From: Octopus vulgaris
Lineage: Eukaryota
Reading direction: 5' to 3'
DNA: 64,000 nucleotides
Assembly (NCBI GenBank): GCA_951406725.2
Contig: OX597823.1
Span: forward strand, 96,906,001 to 96,970,000
Below the pieces are notes generated by a model, which was given only the letters and a program-made list of their open reading frames with translations, had not been told where the DNA came from and did not search any database. Within the stretch, counting starts at the first letter, position 1; each line of letters begins with the position of its first letter. Below are positions 1 to 12,125 of this stretch, in pieces. The translations under genes were made by a program, and so were the position numbers.

Positions 1-220
1 GAAATCAGATCGCCATGTTGATTCGTTAGCTACTGCACGCATTTTTTTTCTCTCCTTCTTTCTGTTTTTTTTTTCTCTCTGTGTATCTTTCTGTTGAAGA
101 GCGTAGGCTCGAAACATTAAAGACTTGTTTTATTTATATTTCCTGAGCGCCATACTAATACAATTGTTCGTTTGTTTTCCACCTGCCTTCGTCTTTTGTC
201 TATTTTCATAAAGCTTCCCG
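1..220 (+). mobile_element. Interspersed repeat, probable Penelope-like terminal repeat; related copies on minus at ~56955-57160 and ~60780-61000
   Basis: Shared CTGTNGAAGAGC(G/A)TAGGCTCGAAAC-type motif and flanks in three places, each abutting a TA or TA/TG microsatellite. Confidence 0.55.
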
Positions 221-221
221 T

Positions 222-259
<38 letters not shown>

Positions 260-1609
260 AGTGTGTATAAAACTTAAGCAGAAAATGGAGAAAATGTTTG
301 ATCAACAAACAATTTGACTACCATTGATTATTATTTTTCTTAATACAAAACTTTAACATTGCTAACAGCCATTTCTGCTACCAATGTCAGTTGGCGCTGT
401 TTAGGAAAATTATGAGAATAATATTCGTCATATTTTATAGTACATCTGATCTGGTAAATGGAGCTTTATCAGAGCGAAGACAAATGCATAAAATAAAAGA
501 GAAGTTGAAAAGAGAAGATTGGAGTCTGATGCAGCCATCTGGTTCACCAGTCCTCAGTCAAACTGTCCAACACATGCTAGCATGGAAAGCAGACGTTAAA
601 CGATGATGATGATGATTATATATATATATATATATACATACATACACACACACCTGTATATATATAAATGACATATAAATATATGTCATTTAATGTCTAG
701 TGTCTCCAAGCCGGCTTTAATCTGAAATTTGCCTGGAGACACTAGGTGTGTTTTATAAAAACCTTCCTAAACCACGTCTCCAATGCATGAAACTTGTAGT
801 AGCTCATAACTTTAAACTGTGCACATTAAAAAATATTTATCCCCCTTTGGATGGAATAATTTTTCTGTTGATCTAACCTTAACGGAGAAGTAAACTATAC
901 ACACACACACACACATGCACTTACCTACATGCAAACATACATTTATATAGAGTTGGCTTCTTTCACTTTCCATCTACCAAATCTAGTCACAAGGATTTGA
1001 TTGACCTTGGGCTATAGTTGAAAGCACTTACTCAAGGTGCCTATCCATACCTGTACATGAATGTGTGTATGTGAGTGAATGTGTGTGCATATATATATAT
1101 GCACACACATACACATGCATATTTATATATACACTGATGCATGTGCATACATATACATATAGGTGCAGGAGTGGCTGTGTGGTAAGTAGCTTGCTTACCA
1201 ACCACATGGTTCCAGGCTCAGTCCCACTGTGTAGCACCTTGGGCAAGTGTCTTCTACTAAAGCCTCGGGACGACCAAAGCCTTGTGAGTGGATTTGATTG
1301 ATGGAAACTGAAAGAAGCCTGTTGTATGTGTATGTGTGTATATATATGTATGTGTGTGCAATGTTTATTGCTCAATCCATTTTCCTTTATTCATATTTTT
1401 GTATAAACTCTATAAATATTCACAGATTTCCTGGTGTATATTTGGTGATATGATTGGTCATCTTTCTGTGTAATAGCATTTGTTGACCAATACCTGTTGG
1501 TGAGCTACCACAAGGTTTATACACAAATTTAATTGACATAATATACATATTTTATATATTTTAATTCATTCTTTTTCATTATTTAAAATTTTAAAAATTA
1601 CTTTTTCAG

Positions 1610-1669
1610 GTGCTAATAATAGACGAAACTAATCATATCGTACAACGTTTGCAGTCAGAATCGAAAGAG
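1610..1669 (+). CDS. Integrin alpha exon 1 (in window): VLIIDETNHIVQRLQSESKE
   Basis: Acceptor ctttttcag, donor GAG|gtgagt; phase 0, joins in frame to IGSYFG. Confidence 0.8.
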
Positions 1670-2815
1670 GTGAGTTCCTTTCTGTTTTTTTTGTTTCCCC
1701 AAATATTAATGTTAATACAAAGTAGCCGCTGTGGTGACATTCTATGTGGACATTTACTTTGCTAGAAACAGCAACCAGGGAACAGGTAGTAAATGGATAG
1801 AATCATTAGTGTCAAATAGAATACTTCACAGTATTTATTCCATCTCTCTGCACTCTGAGATCAAATGCTGTTGAGGGCAGCTTTACTTTTTATCCTTTTG
1901 TGGTCAATAAAAAGGGACCAATCTCAGATTGGTGGATTGACAGAACTGTAAGAATGTTAGACCAAGATTCCTTGTGGTATTTGTCCTGGTTCCTTACATT
2001 CTGAGTTCAAATCCTACTGTGGCTTACTTGGGTGGTACACTTCACCCATCATCCAGTTAAATACCACCCAATGGCATCTTGGGTGCCTTTAGCAGAATCC
2101 ACTTCCCTAAAAGCATTTTGGCCAAGTCTTCAGCTTAAAGATACTTTCCTCTCTCCCTCCAACCAGTCTTCAACACCTTTTAAGAAGTCAGAGGCACTGC
2201 CTTCTTTCCTCATTAAAAGATAAAAATAAACTTTGCCCTTACTAAGTGCAGGTGTGGCTGTGTGGTCAGAAGTTTGCTTTCTAACTGCAAGGTTCTGGGT
2301 TCAGTCACATGACATGGCATGGCACCTTGGGTAAGTATCTTCTATGATAGCCCTAGGCCAACCAAAGCCATCATGTGAGTGATTTTGCGAGATGGAAAAC
2401 TGAAAGAAGTTTGTCATACGTATGTATGTATATGAAGGTGCATGGCTCAGTGGTTACAGCGTTGAGCTTATGACAGTGAGGTTGTGAGTTCGAATCCCGA
2501 ACCAGGCCGCATGTTGTGTTCTTGAGCAAGATACTTTATTACATGTTGCTCCAGTTCACTCAGCTGTAGAAATGAATTGCGACATTACAGGTGCCAAGCT
2601 GTATCGGCCCCTTTGCCTTTCCCTTGGATAACATCGGTGGCGTGGAGAGGGGAGGCCGATATGTATGGGTGACTGCTGGTCTTCCATAAACAACTTTGCC
2701 CGGACTTGTGCCTAGGAGGGGAAACTTTCTAGGTGCAATCACATGGTCAGTCATGACCGAAGGGGGTCTCAGCATGTATGTATGTACATATGTATGTATG
2801 TCATATGTATATACA

Positions 2816-2846
<31 letters not shown>

Positions 2847-5144
2847 GTATGTATGTATATATGTATCTGTGTGTGTGTGTGTATGTATGTATGCATGTAT
2901 ATATGTATCTATGTGTGTGTGTGTCTTTGTAATTGTTTTTGTCCTTCACCACCACTTGACAACTAATGTTGGTTGGTTTACATCCCCTGTAACTTAGTGG
3001 TTTGACAAAAAGTGATTGATAGAATGTGTACCAACCTTAAATAGTCCAATGCATACAATGCTTAGAAAGAAAACGATGAGATGGTCATTGCTGGATTGTC
3101 TTTGATCATACATCTGCTGATTCAGAGCTAAACAGCAACAACAACACCAAGCATCTATGCCCAAAGACAACTTTGAATGTTGCTCTGCCCTGGTGTTACC
3201 CAACCTGGCATGCTAAATTCCTTACCAGGAAGTTCTGGGAATTCAAATGGAATTTCACTTACCTAGGTTGGTTCTGATGCCACACAAAATACATCTAGTG
3301 CTGCTGCTGCTTGTTTGTTTGTTTGCTTGTTGAGCGAAGCAGTCTTCGTCCCAGAGCAGTGGGAGAAGTCTGAAACGTGGTCCTTTGCTATTCGTAAAAC
3401 CTGCAGAAGAGAAAGCAGGTCAACCCCCGACACCGAGAGCATTGACGGATGGATGAATGCGCATCCAGGCTCAGCAGTTGTGTAGGAAGTCGGGAACAAG
3501 AAACAGGAAGAAAGAGTGAGAGAAAGTTGGGGCGAAAGAGTAAAACGGGTCATCACCACCCCCTGCCGGAGCCTCGTTGAGCTTTAGGTGTTTTCGCTCA
3601 ATAAACACATACAACGCTTGGTCTGGGAATCGAAACCGCGATCCTCTGACCGCGAGTCCGCTGCCCTAACCATTGGGCCATTGCGCCTCCTGCTGCTGCT
3701 GCTGCCTTGTAAAAAGCACTGGTGATGGTGTCACATAAATTGCTGTGGTGCCATGCAAAAGGCACTGGTGTTGCTGCCATTTGAAAAGGTGTTAGGAAGG
3801 GCTTCCAGCAGGAGAAACCAAACCAAAACAGTCTATGGAACCTAGTGTGGCCCCTGGCCTTGCCAGGTCTTGTCAGGCCATGACAGCATGGAAGATGGAC
3901 ATTAGATGGTGATAGTGATGATGATTATGATATGAAAGATTTAAAAAGTCTCCGTGTTATCAAAAGAACTGTTGTATTAACAGAGCATTTGACAACTCTG
4001 GTCAAGCCAACAAGGAACTGTCACTGGAATAAGTGTTCCAGTTGATCCAACCAACAGAACGTCTTGCTCATAAAATTAACATGCAAGTGGTTGAGTACTC
4101 CACCGACATATACACATTTAATGTAGTTCTCATGGAAATTCAATGTCACACAGATTGTGACAAGGCTGGCCCTTTGAAATACAAGTTTAACTCATTTTTG
4201 CCAGCTGAGTGGATTGGAAGAAAGTGAAATAAAGTGTCTTGCTCAAGGACACAATGTACTGTCGGGTATTGAACTCATGACCTTACAATTGTAAGCCAAA
4301 TGCCTTAACCACTAAGCCACATGCCTTCACTAGGATACTCAAATAGCAACTAAATGCCCTTCAAATTAATGCTGTTTTCTTCAAAAAGAAGGATGAGCAA
4401 GAAAACAAGGTATTTGGTTAAGGGGTCTGGAGAGAAAAAAAATACAGGAGGTTGTATATACCAGACTTTTATAATGAAACTGTTATGAAATGGTGTATAA
4501 GAAACTGTTGTAATTCAACTTTTTGTTTGTTGCCAGATTGGGTCATATTTTGGAATGAAACTGTGTGTAGCAGACGTCAACAAAGATGGGCTGGATGATT
4601 TGCTAGTCGGAGCCCCCATGGAACCAGGACAATCGAGAGAAGAAGGACAAGTTATTGTTTATCTCAGTGATGGCAAGGTTTGTAATTGTTTGTCTCTTTT
4701 GTTTAATGATGCGGTTCTCATTGTATGGCCAGTGATAATCATCCATGGTCTGACGTGGTCAGTCTGATTTTTAGGACTGGTTATTGTATGGTATGTGGGT
4801 AAAAAGCATAATTCCCCTACCTTGCAGACCCTCGTAACATCATTCCTTTCTAGCCAGGATACATGTGTAGGGGCCCTACCCACCAAACCTTATTTAACAG
4901 CAAATTCCCTCATGTGGCCACCATGTCCATCCTGAAAGAAGCCCCCCCCCCCAAGTCAAAAGAAGACTATGCTTGTTATCCTTTCACTCACATGACCTCT
5001 CTTGCTCCTCTCCTTCCAGTAAGTCCCCTTGGCCATTTGTGTGATGTCACTGACCCTATACTTCCATCCCATCTCAACCCCACATATTGGTTATTGATAT
5101 ACACACACATTTACATACATACACCTATGTACACACACACACAT

Positions 5145-5194
<50 letters not shown>

Positions 5195-8100
5195 ATATAT
5201 ATATATATGTATGTATATATACACGATGATGTATATATATATATATATATATCATCATCATCATCGTTTAACGTCCGCTTTCCATGCTAGCATGGGTTGG
5301 ACGATTTGAGTGAGGACTGGCAAACTAGATGGCTGCATCAGGCTCCAATCTTGATTTGGCAGAGTTTCTACAGCTGGATGCCCTTCCTAATGCCAACCAC
5401 TCCGAGAGTGTAGTGGGTGCTTTTACATGCCACCGGCTCAAGGGCCAGTCAGGCAGTACTGGCAACAGTCACGGAAAAATCATGTTTTTTTTTTTTTACG
5501 TGACATCTGCACACCGGCACAAGTGCCAATAAAGCAACGCTGGTAACGATCACGCTCGAATGGTGCTTTTTATGTGCCACCAGCACAAATGCCAGTTATC
5601 CACTCTGGCAATGATCATATATCTATATATACATATATATACATGTGATTACACACACATACCTAGTCTTTTATTGTATTCCCAGAAGAATTTCATGATT
5701 TACTTACTTGAAGGATTATTCCTTTGGTATTTCAGAAACTGCAGAAGAAACTCGTACTGTTTGGTGACAAAGAAGAAGGCGCTCGCTTTGGTAGCGCCAT
5801 GACCCTTATTGGTGACATTGACCAAGATGGTTTCATTGGTAAGCAATACATTCTGTTTGGAGATTTTACCTTTTTAAATCCTGTTGTATGAGTTGTGTTG
5901 TTTCTGTTTCCTTATTTCTTTCTTTTTAATGGCTTAGTCAGAAGAAGAATGGTAGGGATTATGGCACCTTTTTGAGTTTGCAGGACTGATAAGAGGAAGG
6001 TATCCACTGACTGGGGACTGGATCTGAATGCTTGCAAAAACGTGCACTTTACTAAAGGCATGCATTGGCCAGATTGTGATTGTAACCTTTTAGCATTCAG
6101 ATTTCCCTGTCAAGTGTAGAGCTTATTTATTCACATCGTTTTGAATTAATTATCTCATAGCTTTGAGATTTTGATGATGTGAATGTTTATGTTTAGAATG
6201 ACATTGTAGCGTAGGTGTGAGAGGCCAAATCCAGTCATTTTGAATGCAAAACTGGTAGAATACTTGGACCGGATATGGTTGGCTTAAACGCCAAAGGGTT
6301 AAACTGGACAATGTCTTAACTGTAAAAAAGGAAAGGTAAGCCCTGGACATTGTTTTCTCAAGTCTTAGAACTCATGGGGCAGGTTACCTGGTCCCCATGG
6401 CATTTAAGGGACTGAGATCCCCCACCCCCACTGAATGGGATGCCAGTCCATTGCAGCTAAGTGGCTTCAAACAATGTAAAATCTAATGTTTTGCTCAAGA
6501 ACACCACTCCCTACCCAGTCCAGGAATTGAAACCATGATCTTGTAATCGCCAGTGTAACATCCTAACTACTAAGTCACCTGTTGTCATGTAGTAAATGTG
6601 CCACCCTAAATCATGTGCAGATGTTCTGATGGGCTTCCTCCTGGTTTCTGTCTATGAAATCTCACTAACAAGGCTTTGGTCACCTCCAAGGCTGTCTTGG
6701 TAGGAAGACCCTTTCACAAGGTTCCATGCAGTGGCATTGAAATCAGTCAAAATCTTGTTGATGCAAAAACGAACTTTTTAACCTAACATGTGTAGGTCCA
6801 TATGTGGGGAGGGATCTTGGGATTTCTACAAGTGAGGAAGAAGAACCCCTGGTGTGGAGGTGGTGGGAAATTGGGGATTTCTTTACAAATGGGCATTATT
6901 GAGTTAAAAGTTGTCATCATTGTGATAAACATGAATATTAATGACAAATTCTTCAAGAGAATTCTCTCTCTCTCTCTTCCATGCTTTCTTCCATCTCTTT
7001 CAACTATCTCATCTTTCATCTCCCTCTCTTTCTCTCATCTTTCATCTCTTTCTCTCTCTCCCCTCATTTTTCATATCTCTCCCTCATCTTTCATCTCTTT
7101 CTCCCTAATCTTTCATCTCTCTCTTCCTCATCTTTCATTTTTCTCTCTCCCTCTCTCACTCATTTTTCATCTTTCTCTCTCTCTCTCATTTTTCATCTTT
7201 CTCTCTCTCTCCCATCTTTCATTTTTCTCTCTCACTCACCTTTCATCTCTCTCTCCCTCATCTTTCATCTCTCTTTCTCTTTTCCCCAGATATTGCCATT
7301 GGTGCCCCTTATGAAAATAACCAAGAAGGAGCTATTTATATCTACAATACAAATAAAGAGGGACTGCCTTCTACATACTCCCAGAAAATAACTGGTAAAG
7401 ATGCTGCTATGGGAAAAGACATGAAGGGATTTGGAATCTCAATTTCCGATTCTGTTGATGTAAATAACGACAGTTGTCCTGGTATGAAACATCTCTCTTT
7501 CATTTCGTTTTTATGTGTGACAGCAATTTTATTTTAATTACCAATTATCAAAATACGGCTTTTCAGTTGCTACACCCTGTTGCATGCCATTACACTAAGT
7601 ATACACAGCCATTTTGAACAATTCTCACTGTTATTCTTGTTGAGTCCCAGCTAAGCTCTGACTAAAAACAGGTCTGTAATCAAAGGCCTCCCAGCCATGG
7701 TCATCTTATCTTTCTTCCTTACATAGTGTATCTATAATTAAATTGTTTAATGCAGTGTTTCCCCCTTTTTTTCTTCCAGGCCCCATTGTAACTTTCCAGA
7801 AAAATGTGTACCCCACTTGTGGTTGGAAAAAAAACAACTTTATTTTTAATATTATATACTTTCCTTAACCCTTTCGTTACCAACTCGGCTGAAACCACCT
7901 CTGGCTCTGAGTACAAATGTCTTGTTTTCATAAGTTCTGAATTAAAACCTTTCCACCAAACCTTAGTCACAATTTATGTTCCTAACACCAGCTGAATGAT
8001 AACTAAGTTATTTTACTAAATTCTTTGTTATATTTAAAGTAATTGAAAGAAACATAGAGCATCTCAAAATAAATGCAGTAACAAAAGGGTTAAAGAAATA

Positions 8101-11100
8101 TTCACACTAGGACATTAGAATAGCTTTATACTGTATCAAACAGTCTCCACACAGTATGCTTGGCTGGAGGGATTGGTTTGGTTACACTCAGTGTAGGTGT
8201 TATATGTTTACTGTGAAAAAAAGATTTTCATAATTCTATGTCCTATTAAAAAAAAGAAAAGAATTTTTGGATCCCAGGCCCCACCAGTGGGGTATATGCC
8301 TCATATCAGGAATCACTGATTTAATGTAGCTCTCCTATGCCAAAATAGTAGAATGTCATTTGAGGGAGATTTGGCTGCTGTTTCTAGCAGACTCAGTAAT
8401 TACATAACTGCTCCTTTGTTGGTTCATCACTGGTTTATAGCAGTTTTCAGCGGTTTGAATGCTGAAAGATTTTTTTAAACCCTTTTGATACCAACCCACC
8501 TGACACCAACCCTGGTTCTATAATACAAAATCCCTGTTTTAAAGGGATCTAAATTAAACACTTCCACCAAAATTTCAGGAGAATTTATGTTCTAAACTCC
8601 AGCTTAATAATGGTAAAGCTATTTTACTAAATTCTTCATTTGTTTTTTCTAAATTAATTCAGCCAGAAACAGTGTTATTTCATCAGAAATATGGCAACAT
8701 ATGAGTTCAGCAGACTTGTATCCAGAGGCGTCCCAGCCATGACATCTAGCAATTTTTTATATTATTTTTGATCGATGCCAGACCGTCTGACTGGCTCCCA
8801 TGCTGGTGGCACTCAAAAAGCACCATCCATACATAGCCAATGCCAATGCCCCCTGACTGGCTCCCATGCTGGTGGCACGTGAAAAGCACCATCTGAACAT
8901 GGCTAATGCCAGTACCCACTGACTGGCCCCAATGCCAGTGGTACATAAAAAGCACCGCCTGAACATGATCGATGCCAGAACCCCCTGACTGGCTCCTGTG
9001 TCAGTGGTACGTAAAAAGCACCATCCAAACATGACCAATGCCAGTACCCACTGACTGGCTCCTGTGCTGGTGGCACATTAAAAGCACTATCTGAATGTGG
9101 CTGATGCCAGTACCTCCTGACTGCGCCCCCCCCCCGCCTCCGTGCTGGTGGCACGTAAAAAGCACCATCCAAACATGATCAATGCCCGGCCTGCTTGACT
9201 GGCTGCTGTGCTGGTAGCATATAAAAAGTACCCACTACACTGTTAGAGTGGTTGGCATTAGGAAGGGCATCAAGCTGTAGAAACATTGCCTGATCAGATT
9301 GGAGCCTGGTGCAGCCGCTGGCCCTCCAGACCACAATCAAACCATCCAACCCATGCCAGCATGGAAAACAGACGTTAAACAATGATGATGATTATAGTCA
9401 CAAATAGTTTAATAAAATTTATAATTTTTTTCTTCTAATTTTTCAGATTTTCTTGTTGGTGCTTATTTGTCAAATCAAGTCAGACTTTTATTTTCTCGTC
9501 CTGTGCTTGATTTAAACCTGGAATTATTACCTGAATCACAGAAAATTAATTTTGCAGAGTATAACTGTCCAAATCATGGCAACAAAGCTGTGTGTTTCAA
9601 AGTGAAATTAAAGTTTAGTTATGTACAAAATAACAATCAAATTCCTCCTAAAATAGGTAAGGTCAAAATTTGTCTTCTCTTTTTTTTTTTTGTATTTGTG
9701 TGTGTGTATGTGTGTGTAATAAGAAGCTTGCTTCCCATGGTTCTGGGTTCAGTCCCTCTGCATGGCACCTTGAGTAAGTCTCTTTTATTATAGCCCTTGG
9801 CTGACCAATACCCTGTGAGTAAATTTGGTAGACGGAAACTGTGAAGAAGCTAACTGTATACTCCCACACACATACACATATATATGTATGTGTGTGTGTG
9901 TGTTTGAACCCCCCACCTCACCACTTGACAACTGGTGTTGGTTTGTTTGCATCCCTATTACTTAGTGATTCAGCAAAACAGAACGATAGGATAAATACCA
10001 GACTTAAAAATAAGTACTGGGATTGATTTATTCATCTAAACCTTTCAAGGCAGTGCTCCAGCTTGGCTGCAGTCTAATAACTAAAACAAGTAAAAAATAA
10101 AAGATAAAAAATATATAAAGATTGTTGTTGTTGTTGTTAGGTCCCAGGCCAACCATGACCTACCAAATCTACAGTCAAAAACATTCAAACTGTGACCATT
10201 TCAACTTATTTATCCAGAACCACATTATCTCATTGTGTCTTTCCTTTTTTAAGATGGTAGGGCATGACTTGATAAAATTTGGCTGTTATTTCTAGCAGAT
10301 TGAGCAGCTGTGAAGTGGGCCCCTTTTTGGTTGGATCAATAAAGATTGAGATCTGGAATCTGAATGTTGCTCCACTCCACTCAGCTGTAAATGTGTGACC
10401 CTGTGACAGACGGGCATCTGGTGCAGGGGGACTATTGGGATCTCATTCACTTAAGTGCCATGGAAACTGGTTAACCTGCCCCATGAGCAATAGGACTCAT
10501 GTTACATAAGTCACAGTTGATTGAATCTATAATGTATCAATCTACTGACTGGGGTGGAGGTGGAGGCTTACAGCTTCTGTCTCTCACATATGTAATGTTT
10601 AAGTGAAGTCCTGTTGGCTTGATCACTTCCTATTGCTTCTAACAAGTAAGTTAGTCCATATTACTCCTTAAGGAGCATAGGGCCATGACTATTTCATGCC
10701 AGTGAATGCAATCTTGGGCTACTTCTTGGATTTCCAATCAAGAGAGACTGACTGTTTCCGCCTCATCTTCCATGCATCCTTTCCAAGCCTTCTTAGCTCC
10801 TCCAGGAACCTTCCTCTTTCCTTCTGGTTGCCAGTCTAACTCTTGTCTTGTAATGCTGCTTGGAAGTCTCCTTAGAGTGTGACCAATCTAGTCCCATTTC
10901 CTCTTCAGAATTTCTTGATCGATGGGGGTTTGGTTTGTTCTGTTCCATGCGGTTAAGAGACTTGTGAGGTTCTATGACCCAGAGAGCAATGCTGATGAGA
11001 GCTTAGCCTCTTGTCAGGGTCACTCATATCAGACTGACCAAGGGATAGAATCCAGACAATGCACAATCTACCTCTCCATGAGCCTAAAGACGATGCCTTG

Positions 11101-11740
11101 AGTCTAACAACTTCAATTGGAAAGCCAAAAGGTTATGGAAACCACAATGAATTCCAACCATTTCAATTCCCCCAGTTTCTTCTAATAGGTCCCATGGGGG
11201 AATATTTGGTTATAACTATTATAACCTCTTCAACTACATAGCTGTACATAGATCATCATCATCATTTCCTGGACATAATTGTCTTGAGTCCTAGAACTCA
11301 TGGGGCAGGTTATCTGGTTTCCATGGCACACAAGTGACTGAGATGCCAGTCTGTCATAGGGTCACACATTTATAGCCGAGTGGACTGGAGCAACATGACA
11401 TGAAGTGTTTTTGCTCAAATGCACGACACACTGCCTAGTCTGGCAACTGAAACCACAATCTTGCAAGTGTGAGTCCAACACCCTAACCACTAGGCTGTGC
11501 GCCTTCACAAATGCCATATAGTAAAATTTAGCCAACCACAATGAAAATGACCCAGCCTTTTTAACAAGCTGTTATCAGGCGCAGGAGTGGCTGAGTGGTA
11601 AGTAGCTTGCTTACCAACCACATGGCTCTGGGTTCAGTCCCACTGCGTGGCACTTTGGGCAAGTGTCTTCTACTATAGCCTCAGACCAACCAAAGCCTTG
11701 TGAGTGGATTTGGTAGATGGAAACTGAAAGACGCCCATCG

Positions 11741-11777
<37 letters not shown>

Positions 11778-12076
11778 ATAATATGTTACATTACTCGGTA
11801 GTCAAGATAAAACTCTGAGTTTCAGATGCCGAAGTGGAAATCCACAACACCATCTCTTCGGTTATCTGGCTATTTGAAAACGCTATGAAAAAGTACCGTT
11901 AAATAAAGGGAAATTACTATGTTATAACTCTGCTTGCCTGCGTACTTATACGGCATCTGAAACTCAGAGTTTTATCTTGACTACCGAGTAATGTAACATA
12001 TTATTGTATAGATAAATTTCCTCTATTTACATAATATTGAGGTCTCTTTCTTTCTTTTGTTATCTTACCGTTTTAT

Positions 12077-12125
<49 letters not shown>

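Noticed and set aside
3610-3690. tRNA gene (also heads near 2434, 25230, 35288)
   Set aside because: A and B boxes are present but there is no closed acceptor stem or poly-T terminator; each continues into a shared SINE body
6802-7391. 170-aa and 136-aa Ser/Leu/Phe-rich ORFs
   Set aside because: Read-through of the CT minisatellite; the true exon is in a different frame from 7290
8770-9240. CRISPR-like repeat-spacer periodicity
   Set aside because: The apparent spacers are homologous to one another, the array is part of a multicopy retroposon, and the context is eukaryotic with no cas genes
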